This document shows, piece after piece, positions 34,606 to 43,973 of a DNA stretch of 64,000 bases (its first letter is position 1; the number at the start of each line of letters is the position of its first letter). Source of the stretch: Alphaproteobacteria bacterium (lineage in GTDB: Bacteria > Pseudomonadota > Alphaproteobacteria > Rickettsiales > UBA3002). Where the stretch lies: contig JANRKD010000027.1 of assembly GCA_033763655.1 (NCBI GenBank), positions 4,707 through 68,706 on the forward strand, given 5' to 3'. The notes under the pieces were generated by a model that was given only the letters and a program-made list of their open reading frames with translations, made no database searches and was not told the origin of the DNA. Both the position numbers and the translations under genes were made by a program.

Positions 34606-36021
34606 ATGTTCGGCCGCGCCCAGAACAGTGCGAGCGTGGAGCCGGAAACGCCCGCCCCCGCCGCCACCCCGGCCATGCCGCCGCCGGGTGAGTCATTGGC
34701 GCAAACGGCGGCTACCCGTCTTGCCGGCGTATTCGAGGAGCCGGGTGCTGCGCCGCCCAAAGCGGAAAACCCCCTGCGGGAAACCAAGGAGCGGATTTAC
34801 GCGCGGCTGATGGAGCAAATCGACCTGCAAACCGCCTCGCGCATGCCGCTCGACGAATTGCGCCACCAGATTACCGATGTTATCGGCGAAATCGTGATGG
34901 AGCAGAAACTGGCCATCAATCAGGGCGAACAACAGCTTCTTGCCACCCAGATTGTCGATGACATGATTGGCCTCGGCCCGCTTGAGCCGCTGCTGCACGA
35001 CGAACTCATCACCGACATCATGGTCAATGGGCCCGAGCAGGTCTATATCGAGCGCAAGGGCAAGCTTGAGCTGTCGGAGGTGCGCTTCCGCGACAACGAG
35101 CATGTCATGAATATCGCCCAGCGCATCGTGACGGCGGTTGGCCGCCGGGTCGATGAATCCAGCCCGATCTGCGATGCGCGGCTCAAAGACGGCAGCCGGG
35201 TCAACGTCATCGCGCCGCCCTTGTCGCTCAAAGGGTGCAGCATTTCGATCCGTAAATTCTCGAAAAAGAAAATCACGCTCGACATCATGGCGCAGCAGAA
35301 CAACATTTCCGATCAGGTCTGTAAGCTGCTGAAAATCGCCGGCGCCTGCCGCCTGAACCTGATTATTTCGGGCGGTACGGGGTCGGGGAAAACCACCCTG
35401 CTCAACGCCATGAGCCGCATGATCGACCACGGCGAGCGCGTGGTGACGATCGAGGATGCGGCGGAGTTGCAATTGCAGCAGCCGCATGTGGTGCCGCTTG
35501 AAACCCGCCCCGCCAACCTCGAAGGCGACGGCGAAATCAACATGCGCGATCTGGTAAAAAACGCCCTTCGGATGCGGCCCGACCGCATCATCCTCGGTGA
35601 GGTGCGCGGCGGCGAGGCGATTGATTTGCTGCAGGCGATGAACACCGGCCATGACGGTTCGATGGGTACGTTGCACGCCAACAACCCGCGCGAGGCGCTG
35701 ACCCGGCTTGAGAACATGGTCAACATGTCGGGCATGCGCCTGCCCAGCCACGCCATCCGCCACCAGATTTCAAGCGCCGTGCAGCTTATTGTGCAGATCC
35801 AGCGGATGCGCGATGGCGTCCGCCGCATCACCCATGTCACCGAGGTGCTCGGCATGGAAGGCGAGGTCATTATCACGCAGGATCTCTACACCTATGTGTT
35901 CCACGGCGAGGATGAACACGGCAAACTCATCGGCGAGTTTAAATCTTCAGGCCTGCGGCCGAATTTCACCCGTCAGGCCGCCTATTTCGGATTGGATAAA
36001 GCCCTCCTCGAGTTGGTGTGA
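34606..36021 (+). CDS. cpaF: Tad secretion ATPase CpaF/TadA
   Basis: Walker A in ISGGTGSGKTTLLNAM, IITIEDAAEL-type motif VVTIEDAAELQL, and RMRPDRIILGEVRGGEA. Confidence 0.9.
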   Translation: MFGRAQNSASVEPETPAPAATPAMPPPGESLAQTAATRLAGVFEEPGAAPPKAENPLRETKERIYARLMEQIDLQTASRMPLDELRHQITDVIGEIVMEQKLAINQGEQQLLATQIVDDMIGLGPLEPLLHDELITDIMVNGPEQVYIERKGKLELSEVRFRDNEHVMNIAQRIVTAVGRRVDESSPICDARLKDGSRVNVIAPPLSLKGCSISIRKFSKKKITLDIMAQQNNISDQVCKLLKIAGACRLNLIISGGTGSGKTTLLNAMSRMIDHGERVVTIEDAAELQLQQPHVVPLETRPANLEGDGEINMRDLVKNALRMRPDRIILGEVRGGEAIDLLQAMNTGHDGSMGTLHANNPREALTRLENMVNMSGMRLPSHAIRHQISSAVQLIVQIQRMRDGVRRITHVTEVLGMEGEVIITQDLYTYVFHGEDEHGKLIGEFKSSGLRPNFTRQAAYFGLDKALLELV

Positions 36022-36998
36022 ACATGATGGATGTGCTGACAAGCCCCATACTCTGGATTGGCCTTGGGGCGTTGCTGGCGCTGGTGTATTTTTCCTCGGG
36101 CAGCGGCATGTCGGGCAAAAAGAAAGCGGCGCGGCTTGCGCGGGTGACGCGTAAAAACGCGCCAATGCTCCGGGCGGGGACGGCCTCGCTGCGGCGGCTG
36201 AATCCGGGCGAGGATACCAGCCTCGGGCAGATGCTTGCCAGCATGCAGAGCATCGCCAAGCTGCGCGCGCGCCTCGAAGTGGCGGGACTGACACAAACCA
36301 CGCCGCAGCAATTTCTGCTCATCATGGGCGGCATTACACTTGGGATGACGCTGGTGCTGTTGCTGCTCGGCAAGCCGCTGCTGGTGAGCCTGCCCATTGG
36401 CCTGCTTTTCGGGCTGGCCATTCCGCATCTGGTGGTGGGGCGCAAAATCAAAAAGCGGCAGAAGATGTTTTTGAAGCTATTTCCCGATGCCATCGACCTC
36501 ATGGTGCGCGGCTTGCGCGCCGGGCTGCCGGTTGCGGAATCGTTCATCAATGTGTCCAAGGAGCTGCCGCCGCCGATGGGGGACACGTTTGGCACGATTG
36601 CGCAGCAGACGCAGCTCGGCATGCCGATGGAAAAAGCGCTGGCGGAAAATGCCACCAAGCTCGGGCTGACCGAGTTCAATTTTTTCGTCACCACCATCAT
36701 CCTGCAACGCGAGACGGGCGGAAATCTCGGGGAAATCCTGAACAACCTCTCGGAAATGCTGCGCCAACGCCATATGATGCGCCTCAAGATCGGGGCGCTG
36801 TCGTCGGAGGCGCGGGCCAGCGCCTACATCATCGGCGCGTTACCGTTTCTGGTCTTTGGCATCCTGATGGCGGTGTCGCCCGATTATTTGCAGCCGCTGT
36901 TTAACGACGCGCGCGGCAACAAGGCGCTGATCGGCGCGATGGCCAGCCTTGGTATGGGCGCCTTCATCATGAAACGCATGACGCAGCTGGAGATATAA
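36018..36998 (+). CDS. tadB: Tad inner-membrane platform protein TadB
   Basis: T2SSF-like domain with PDAIDLMVRGLRAGLPV and TM segments. The start is either the GTG at 36018 overlapping the cpaF stop or the ATG at 36024. Confidence 0.8.
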   Translation: MNMMDVLTSPILWIGLGALLALVYFSSGSGMSGKKKAARLARVTRKNAPMLRAGTASLRRLNPGEDTSLGQMLASMQSIAKLRARLEVAGLTQTTPQQFLLIMGGITLGMTLVLLLLGKPLLVSLPIGLLFGLAIPHLVVGRKIKKRQKMFLKLFPDAIDLMVRGLRAGLPVAESFINVSKELPPPMGDTFGTIAQQTQLGMPMEKALAENATKLGLTEFNFFVTTIILQRETGGNLGEILNNLSEMLRQRHMMRLKIGALSSEARASAYIIGALPFLVFGILMAVSPDYLQPLFNDARGNKALIGAMASLGMGAFIMKRMTQLEI

Positions 36999-37000
36999 AA

Positions 37001-38002
37001 ATGGCTGCGGGCAACAATCCACTGCAACTGGAAGACGTCCTGCCGTTTGGCATGGGGGTCGATGACGTGCTCACTGCCGCTGCCGCTATCGGCATTTTCA
37101 TGATTGTCTGGTCGATCGGGCAATACCTCATCGTGCGCGACCGCTTCGGCCCCCGGCTGAAAATGATTCAGGAACGCCGCGCCGAACTCAAAGGCGAAAT
37201 GACCGCCGCCCGGCGGCGGCATAAAGGGCATAAAAAACACGAAACCATGACCGTCATCCGCCAGGTGGTGAGCAAGCTGAAATTGCTGCAGCAGCATCAG
37301 GTCGGACAGTTGCAGGAAAAGCTGATTAATGCGGGTTACCGCTCGAAAGATGCGATTATTATTTTCGCCTTTGCCAAGCTGGTGATGCCGTTTATCGGGC
37401 TGGGTCTTGGGCTATTCGTCGGGCATATCGACTGGTCGCAGCCCTTTACCACCGGGCAGGCGGTCGGCTGGCTGAAGGTGCTGGGCATTGCCTATTTCGG
37501 GGCGCGGTTGCCTGAAATTCTGGTCGCCAATGCGCGCGCGAAACGCTACGCCGCCCTGCGTAAAGGACTGCCCGACGCACTCGACCTGATGATGATCTGC
37601 GCCGAAGCGGGTTTGTCGCTTTCCGCTGCGCTCGACCGCGTGTCGCGCGAATTATCGCGCGTCAGCCCCGAACTGGCGGAAGAATTTGGCCTGACTTCGG
37701 TCGAGCTGGGCTTCCTGCCCGACCGCGCCACGGCGCTTCGGCATCTTTATGACCGCGCCAATATCCCCGAGATTCGCGGTTTTGTGAATGTCATCGCCCA
37801 GACCGAGAAATACGGCACGCCGATTGCGCAGGCACTGCGCGTGCTCTCGAAGGAATACCGCACCCAGCGGATGCTGCGCGCCGAGCAGAAAGCCGCGCGC
37901 CTGCCTGCCATGATGACCGTGCCGATGATTGTGTTTATCCTGCCGACGTTGTTTATCGTCGTCATGGCGCCCGCCGTCATCAGCATCATGGATAATTTCT
38001 AG
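37001..38002 (+). CDS. tadC: Tad inner-membrane platform protein TadC
   Basis: T2SSF-like domain with LPDALDLMMICAEAGLSL and TEKYGTPIAQALRVLS. Confidence 0.8.
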   Translation: MAAGNNPLQLEDVLPFGMGVDDVLTAAAAIGIFMIVWSIGQYLIVRDRFGPRLKMIQERRAELKGEMTAARRRHKGHKKHETMTVIRQVVSKLKLLQQHQVGQLQEKLINAGYRSKDAIIIFAFAKLVMPFIGLGLGLFVGHIDWSQPFTTGQAVGWLKVLGIAYFGARLPEILVANARAKRYAALRKGLPDALDLMMICAEAGLSLSAALDRVSRELSRVSPELAEEFGLTSVELGFLPDRATALRHLYDRANIPEIRGFVNVIAQTEKYGTPIAQALRVLSKEYRTQRMLRAEQKAARLPAMMTVPMIVFILPTLFIVVMAPAVISIMDNF

Positions 38003-38022
38003 CGTAGGGAAATCCCGGCGGC

Positions 38023-38916
38023 TTACTTCGCGCCGCCGACCGCCGCCTCGAAGGCCGATTTCCCGGCAGGGGATTTTTTCGCGGATGCGCCGCTGCCGTC
38101 ATGGCCGATGCCGGGCGTGGGCACTGGCGGGGTGCTACCTGCCGCGTGCTCCCTGATATATTCCTTCAGCCGGGCGAGGGCCAGCAGGCGGGTTTCCTCG
38201 TCCATTTCACCCTTCAGGATTTTTCGCGCCTCGCCATGCCGCCCGAGCATCCCATAGGCGAGGGCGAGGTTATGGCGGGTGACGCTTGAGGCGTTCGGTT
38301 TTTTCGCATCCGCCACCAGCAGCGGCAGGGCCTTTTTAGGCGTGCCGGAAAGCAGGTACGACATGGCCAGATTGGTGCGCAGGCTGACCAGATTGGCCTT
38401 CGGATTGTTGCGGATGGCACGCAGATAAATCGCCTGCGCGCGCGCATGTTCGCCCAGCATATCAACAGCGACCCCGAGGCCGCCGATGAGATCCATACTG
38501 TCGGGCTGTTGAATCAGGCCGCGCTCGAAGGCGGTGCGCGCCTCGGCGTAGCGGGCGGCGGCAAGCTCCAGCTTACCCAGCATGTAGTTGGCGAGCGGAT
38601 GGTTCGGCTGGAACAGCAGCGCCCGCGTCAGGATTTCGCGCTCTTTTGCCGTTTCGTTGTGCGTGTCGTAGAGGCGCGCCAGCGCCAGATGCGCCTCGAC
38701 ATGGCCGGTGGAAATACCAACCGCGCTTAAGTAGTCGCGCTCGGCGGCAATGAGATTGCCCTGCTGCGCGGCGCCGTCGGCTCCGAAAATCAGCGCCTGT
38801 TCGCGGCTGGTGAGGGGCGGTAGCGCGGCCCTGTCGACCGGGCCTTTGGGCGCGTCATCGCCGATGTCGCAGCCGCTTAACATCAGCGAAATAATCAGGA
38901 TGGGCAATAAACGCAT
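38023..38916 (-). CDS. tadD: TPR-repeat lipoprotein, TadD-like
   Basis: Start at MRLLPILIISLMLSGC (lipobox). The rest consists of multiple TPR-like repeats. It is located inside the Tad locus on the opposite strand. Confidence 0.6.
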   Translation of the reverse strand: MRLLPILIISLMLSGCDIGDDAPKGPVDRAALPPLTSREQALIFGADGAAQQGNLIAAERDYLSAVGISTGHVEAHLALARLYDTHNETAKEREILTRALLFQPNHPLANYMLGKLELAAARYAEARTAFERGLIQQPDSMDLIGGLGVAVDMLGEHARAQAIYLRAIRNNPKANLVSLRTNLAMSYLLSGTPKKALPLLVADAKKPNASSVTRHNLALAYGMLGRHGEARKILKGEMDEETRLLALARLKEYIREHAAGSTPPVPTPGIGHDGSGASAKKSPAGKSAFEAAVGGAK

Positions 38917-39094
38917 GGCAACCTCCGCGCCTGATGGTAACGCAAAACGGGACGCGCCACCAGCTGTAAATGCGCGCGGCACTGCGTGAATTTTACCTCA
39001 AATTAGCGTAAAAATGACAAGGAAATCTGCGCGTTATGCGGTTATTATGCTGACGGGGTCGTGGCCGTTTGCTATAGTGCCTGTGGGAGAAATT

Positions 39095-39667
39095 ATGCGG
39101 CTGTTGCAGAGTGCGCCCTTAAGATTGCTGCGCCATGAAGGGGGCGTGACGGCGCTGGAGTTTGCCGTGGTCGCGCCGGTGTTCATGCTGCTGCTGATGG
39201 GGATTGTCGAATTTGCGCTCATCATGGTGGTGTATAACGTGATGGAAGGGGCGACGGCAGTTTCCTCGCGCCTTGGCAAAACCGGCTACACGGCGGCGGG
39301 TGTCACCCGTGAACAGACGATTATGAACGCCATCACCACCCGCGCCGGTTCGCTGATTGATCCACTCTCGCTGACGGTCACTTCGAAATTCTACAAACAA
39401 TACGACCAGATTAACGATCCCGAGCCTTATACCGACGTCAACGCCAACGGCAGCTACGATGTCGGCGAGGCCTATACCGACATTAACGGCAACGGCCAGT
39501 GGGACCCGGACATGGGGGCTTCGGGCTATGGCAGTGCCGGGGATATTGTCGTCTATCAGGTGAGCTACCCCTGGGCGATTTCGACCCCGGTCATCAGCAG
39601 CCTGATTGGTACGGGCGGGGTTTACACCATTACCACCCATGCGGTGGTCAAGAATGAGCCGTACTGA
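39095..39667 (+). CDS. tadE: TadE-family pseudopilin-like protein
   Basis: N-terminus RHEGGVTALEFAVVAPVFMLLLMGIVEF (TadE-like motif). GGGAGA RBS. Contains two DxNxNG loops (see findings). Confidence 0.75.
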   Translation: MRLLQSAPLRLLRHEGGVTALEFAVVAPVFMLLLMGIVEFALIMVVYNVMEGATAVSSRLGKTGYTAAGVTREQTIMNAITTRAGSLIDPLSLTVTSKFYKQYDQINDPEPYTDVNANGSYDVGEAYTDINGNGQWDPDMGASGYGSAGDIVVYQVSYPWAISTPVISSLIGTGGVYTITTHAVVKNEPY

Positions 39668-40235
39668 GATGCGCCGCTTCCTTCATATCGGGCGAGGGTT
39701 CGCCGGTGCCGAGCGCGGCATCGCGGTGGTCGAGTTCGCGCTGATTCTGCCGGTGCTGATGACGCTGTTTTATGGCACGATTGAGGTTGCGCGCTACATC
39801 TTGATTACGCAAAAAGTCGAGAAGCTCGCCCACGCAATTGCCGACGTCACCGCGCAGGAGCAGGTGACGAGCGTCGCCGCGCTGAACCAGGCGCTGGCAG
39901 CCACCTCGGACATTATGAGCCCCTACAGTATGACCACCAACGGTACGGTGATTATCAGCGCGCTCTACCGTGCCGATGGTGCGGCGGACGCGACCATCAT
40001 CTGGCGGCATCAGGGCGGCGGCAGTTTGGTAGCCACCAGCCAGATCGGGGCGCTGAACGCCATCCCCGTCGTGCCGGGCGGCTTTACGTTCGACACGCGC
40101 GAGAACGTGATTGCGGCGGAGGTGTTCTACCGGTTTTCGCCGCTCATCAGCACCCAGTTTTTTGGCCCGACCACGATTTACCGTTCGGCGTTTTACAAGC
40201 CCCGTTTCGGGGCGTTACTCACCCCGCCGGTTTAA
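39654..40235 (+). CDS. TadE/TadF-family pseudopilin-like protein
   Basis: GAERGIAVVEFALILPVLMTLFYGTIEV motif. The start is either 39654 (overlapping the tadE end) or the ATG at 39669. Confidence 0.7.
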   Translation: MSRTEMRRFLHIGRGFAGAERGIAVVEFALILPVLMTLFYGTIEVARYILITQKVEKLAHAIADVTAQEQVTSVAALNQALAATSDIMSPYSMTTNGTVIISALYRADGAADATIIWRHQGGGSLVATSQIGALNAIPVVPGGFTFDTRENVIAAEVFYRFSPLISTQFFGPTTIYRSAFYKPRFGALLTPPV

Positions 40236-40273
40236 TGGCAGCGTCCATCCCGCGTGATGGCAAGAGAGGTGTT

Positions 40274-41788
40274 ATGTTGAAACAGTTCCTGCGCGCCCGT
40301 GAGGGGAACGTGATGCTCATCTTTGCGCTGTCGGCGCTGACGGTGATTGGCGCGACCGGCGTGGCGATTGATATTGGCCGCAGCCAGATGGTGCAGGCCA
40401 AACTGCAAAACGCGGTCGATGCGGCGGGGTTGGCGGCGGGCGCGACGCTGAGCACCACCGATCTGGCGGCGGTGGCCACCAAATATATTAACCTCAACTT
40501 TGCGCAGAATAATCTCGGGGCAACGCTCGGCATCGTCACCACGACGCTAAGCGCGGATAAAAAAATCCTGACGGTGAGCGCGGGCGCCAGCCTGCCGACC
40601 ACCCTCACCAAGCTTTTCAACCGCAGCGAGGTGAGCGTTTCGGCTTACACCGAGGTAACGCGCGCCAACAAAGGCATCGAGCTGGTACTGGTGCTCGATA
40701 ATACCGGCTCAATGAACAGTGCGGTCAACCCCGCCAATAGCCCGACGACCAAAATTACGGCGTTGAAAGATGCTGTCGCCGGCACAAACGGATTGCTCGA
40801 TATTCTCTACGGTGCGGGCAACAATACGGCGGATAATCTGTGGGTCGGGGTGGTGCCCTTCTCGCAGGTGGTCAATATCGGCACTACCACCAGCTGGGTG
40901 GCGGCCAACAGCTACGATTGGGGCGTGCCGATACAGCCGTGGGAAGGCTGTGTGATGGCGCGTAGCGCGCCGTATGATATGTCGGATGATCCGCCGAGCG
41001 TGGATATATTTACCGCCTATTATGCGCCGACCACTGGTACGGTAACCAGCCCCGTGTCGGGGACGGGGGTAAGCGGCAGTTGCAGCGGCGGCCTCAATGC
41101 CTGGAAATGTACGGTATTGTCCTCGGGGTTGAACATACTGCGCTACAATTACAGTTATAGCGGCAGCCTGGGCACCAACAGGGGCCCCAACGCGGAATGT
41201 CCGCAGCAGGTGACGCCGATGGTCGCCGAGAAAGCGACGGTAGCCGCCGCTGTGAACGCGATGGTCGCCAAAGGCAGCACGTTTATCAACGCGGGAATGG
41301 CCTGGGGCTACCGCATGCTCTCGCCGCGCTGGCGGAACCTCTGGGGTGGGCAGATGGATACCAACAACCTGCCGCTGGATTACAACACGCCGCTGATGAC
41401 CAAGGTGGTGGTGCTGATGACCGATGGGATGAACTCGTTCAGCAACGGTAATTTTACCACCTACGGCTTCCTGAGTGACAACCAGTTGGGTACGACCAAA
41501 AGCATGACCAGCGGTTACTCCTACGCTGTCAGTGCCGAGAAAGTGCTCGATGACCGCACGCTGGCCGTGTGCAATGAGATGAAATCTCACGGCGTGGTTA
41601 TCTACACGATTGGTTTCGGTGCGGATGACACCAACAATTTCAGCAGCTCGAAGAGTGTCAACGGGCCGCTGCTGAAGGCCTGCGCCACCTCGGAGGCGTA
41701 TTACTTCCTCGCCCCGACCAATGCCGATCTGCAGAACGTGTTTCACGCCATCGGCGATTCGCTCGCCAATCTGCGCATCAGCCAGTAA
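40274..41788 (+). CDS. tadG: TadG-like pilus assembly protein with a von Willebrand factor A domain
   Basis: The N-terminus REGNVMLIFALSALTVIGATGVAIDIGR is a Tad N-terminal motif. The vWA MIDAS-like element is LVLVLDNTGSMN. Confidence 0.75.
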   Translation: MLKQFLRAREGNVMLIFALSALTVIGATGVAIDIGRSQMVQAKLQNAVDAAGLAAGATLSTTDLAAVATKYINLNFAQNNLGATLGIVTTTLSADKKILTVSAGASLPTTLTKLFNRSEVSVSAYTEVTRANKGIELVLVLDNTGSMNSAVNPANSPTTKITALKDAVAGTNGLLDILYGAGNNTADNLWVGVVPFSQVVNIGTTTSWVAANSYDWGVPIQPWEGCVMARSAPYDMSDDPPSVDIFTAYYAPTTGTVTSPVSGTGVSGSCSGGLNAWKCTVLSSGLNILRYNYSYSGSLGTNRGPNAECPQQVTPMVAEKATVAAAVNAMVAKGSTFINAGMAWGYRMLSPRWRNLWGGQMDTNNLPLDYNTPLMTKVVVLMTDGMNSFSNGNFTTYGFLSDNQLGTTKSMTSGYSYAVSAEKVLDDRTLAVCNEMKSHGVVIYTIGFGADDTNNFSSSKSVNGPLLKACATSEAYYFLAPTNADLQNVFHAIGDSLANLRISQ

Positions 41789-41795
41789 GAGGAAA

Positions 41796-42824
41796 TCAGG
41801 CCGGTTGCTGCTGCGTTAAACAGTGGAGGGTGCCCAACCCCCAGACCAGATCGCGCGCATAGATGCCGACCACGTCGCGCGTCGGGAAGCATTTCTGTAG
41901 GGCGGCGAGAGCGACCGCGTCGGCAGGATCATTAAACACCGGCACCAGCACGACTTTATTGCAGATCAGAAAATTAGCGTAGCTGGCGGGTAGGCGCTGC
42001 CCCTCGAATATCACCGGGCGCGGCATCGGCAGTTCGGTGATATTCAGCGAGGTGCGCGCAAGACGTGCGCGGTTGGCCTGCAGCAACGCGTAATTTGCGT
42101 CGGTGTGGTCGCGCTCCATCACCGTGACCACGGAACCGGGTGCGACAAAACGGGTGATGTCGTCGATATGGCCATGCGTGTCGTCGCCGACAATACCCGC
42201 CTCCAGCCAGATGGTGCGCGAAGCCCCGAGATACTGCGCGAAAATGGCCTCGTAATCGTCGCGGGTGAGGCCGGGGTTGCGCACCTGCACGTCGCTGAGC
42301 AGCCATTCCTCGGTGACCAGCACACTGCCTGCCCCATCGACCTCGATGCCGCCGCCTTCCAGCACTACGGGCTTGCCTTTGTAATGGGGTGCAAGGCAGG
42401 TGTGCTGCGTGAAATGGGCGATCGACTCGGGGACATGATTATCAAGCCGGTGGTTGGTATATTTCGCCCAGCCGGTGAATTTCCAATCAAGCGCCACCAA
42501 CTGGTTGGCCGTATCGCGTACCCAGATTGGGCCGCAATCCCTCAGCCAACCGCGGTTGGTTTTGGTATCCAGAAAATCGACCTGCGTTAAGTTGACACCC
42601 GCGCGGTCGAGCATATCCATCGCTTCGGCGCGCACCGCCGGGCTGTTGACCAGCACCCCGACGCGCTGGGTCGGCGTAATCGCCCGCACCATTTCGGCAA
42701 ACACCCACGGAATCGGCGCAAATTTTCCCGGCCAGTCGCCGCGCGCATGCGGCCAGGAAAGCCAAATACGCTCCTGCGGCGCCCATTCGGCAGGCATATG
42801 AAAACTATCGTTGCGCGTAGTCAT
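41796..42824 (-). CDS. aguA: Agmatine deiminase
   Basis: FHMPAEWAPQERIWLSWPH plus the C-terminal GTLHCLTQQQP, which carries the catalytic Cys context of the PAD_porph family. Confidence 0.85.
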   Translation of the reverse strand: MTTRNDSFHMPAEWAPQERIWLSWPHARGDWPGKFAPIPWVFAEMVRAITPTQRVGVLVNSPAVRAEAMDMLDRAGVNLTQVDFLDTKTNRGWLRDCGPIWVRDTANQLVALDWKFTGWAKYTNHRLDNHVPESIAHFTQHTCLAPHYKGKPVVLEGGGIEVDGAGSVLVTEEWLLSDVQVRNPGLTRDDYEAIFAQYLGASRTIWLEAGIVGDDTHGHIDDITRFVAPGSVVTVMERDHTDANYALLQANRARLARTSLNITELPMPRPVIFEGQRLPASYANFLICNKVVLVPVFNDPADAVALAALQKCFPTRDVVGIYARDLVWGLGTLHCLTQQQPA

Positions 42825-42847
42825 GCTTCTTCCCCTCGAATCACGAA

Positions 42848-43741
42848 TTACGCCCCGGCATCCGGATGCGCCAGCAACTTGCCGTATGCATCAATCCGCC
42901 GGTCGCGGAAGAATGGCCAGTATTGGCGCTGTTTTTCGACTTTTGCCGGGTCAATGACGGCGGTTAGCACGCCTTCGAACGCATCATCCGCCTGTTCGAT
43001 AAAGCGGCCCGACATATCGCTGATGAAGCTGTGGCCAAAAAATTCGAGCGCGCCGCCATCGGTCTCCGGCTCTAGCCCAATGCGGTTGGGCGCGGCGATG
43101 AACACGTTGTTGGCGACGGCATGGCCGCGCATTACGGTCTGCCATTTGTTCCATTGCTCTTCGCCGTAGGCTGCTTTTTCGGCGGGGTGCCAGCCAATCG
43201 CGGTCGGGTAGAAAATGACGCTCGCGCCCTGCATCGCAGTCAGGCGCGCCGCTTCCGGAAACCACTGATCCCAGCAGATAAGCACGCCGATACGGCCAAA
43301 CTTCGTGTCGAAATTTTTGAAGCCGGTATCGCCGGGCGTGAAGTAAAATTTCTCGTAATAGCGCGGGTCATCCGGGATGTGCATTTTGCGGTAGATGCCC
43401 AGATCCGTCCCATCCGCATCGAAGACCACGGCAGTGTTGTGGTACATGCCCGCCGCCCGCCGCTCGAACAGGCTGGCGATAATCACCATGCCCAGCTCTT
43501 TGGCCAGCGCCTGCATGCGAAGATAGGTCGCGCCGCCGGGGATGGATTCGGCCAACGCGAAATAATCGTGGTTTTCACTCTGACAGAAATAGTAGCTGGC
43601 AAATAATTCGGGCAGGCAGGCAATCTGCACGCCTTTGGCCTTCGCCTCCCGCAGCCATGCTTCGGCGCGGGCGAGGTTGGTAGCGGGCGTGGCATCCATT
43701 TTCATCTGGATGATGCCAATGGTAAAAGGTGCAGGCGTCAT
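42848..43741 (-). CDS. aguB: N-carbamoylputrescine amidase (carbon-nitrogen hydrolase family)
   Basis: Nitrilase-superfamily motifs CLPELF, YRKMHIPDDP and VLICWDQWFPE. Adjacent to aguA. Confidence 0.85.
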   Translation of the reverse strand: MTPAPFTIGIIQMKMDATPATNLARAEAWLREAKAKGVQIACLPELFASYYFCQSENHDYFALAESIPGGATYLRMQALAKELGMVIIASLFERRAAGMYHNTAVVFDADGTDLGIYRKMHIPDDPRYYEKFYFTPGDTGFKNFDTKFGRIGVLICWDQWFPEAARLTAMQGASVIFYPTAIGWHPAEKAAYGEEQWNKWQTVMRGHAVANNVFIAAPNRIGLEPETDGGALEFFGHSFISDMSGRFIEQADDAFEGVLTAVIDPAKVEKQRQYWPFFRDRRIDAYGKLLAHPDAGA

Positions 43742-43874
43742 GCGTAGCGTTCTCCGTTTCTCCCGCGATTAGCAGGTTCGCTGTAAACGCGCAACCCTGA
43801 GTCAGACCTACCGGGCATGACCATCGACGGTGGTATTGTCAGCGGCGGATTTAACCGCTACACCTCACCACAAC

Positions 43875-43951
43875 GCACCCATAGCTCAACTGGATAGAGC
43901 ACCCGCCTTCTAAGCGGACGGTTGCAGGTTCGAGTCCTGCTGGGTGCACCA
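43875..43951 (+). tRNA. tRNA-Arg(UCU)
   Basis: GCACCCATAGCTCAACTGGATAGAGCACCCGCCTTCTAAGCGGACGGTTGCAGGTTCGAGTCCTGCTGGGTGCACCA folds as a cloverleaf with anticodon loop CTTCTAA. Confidence 0.85.
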
Positions 43952-43973
43952 CGCTTCAATTGAAGGGGTGCCG

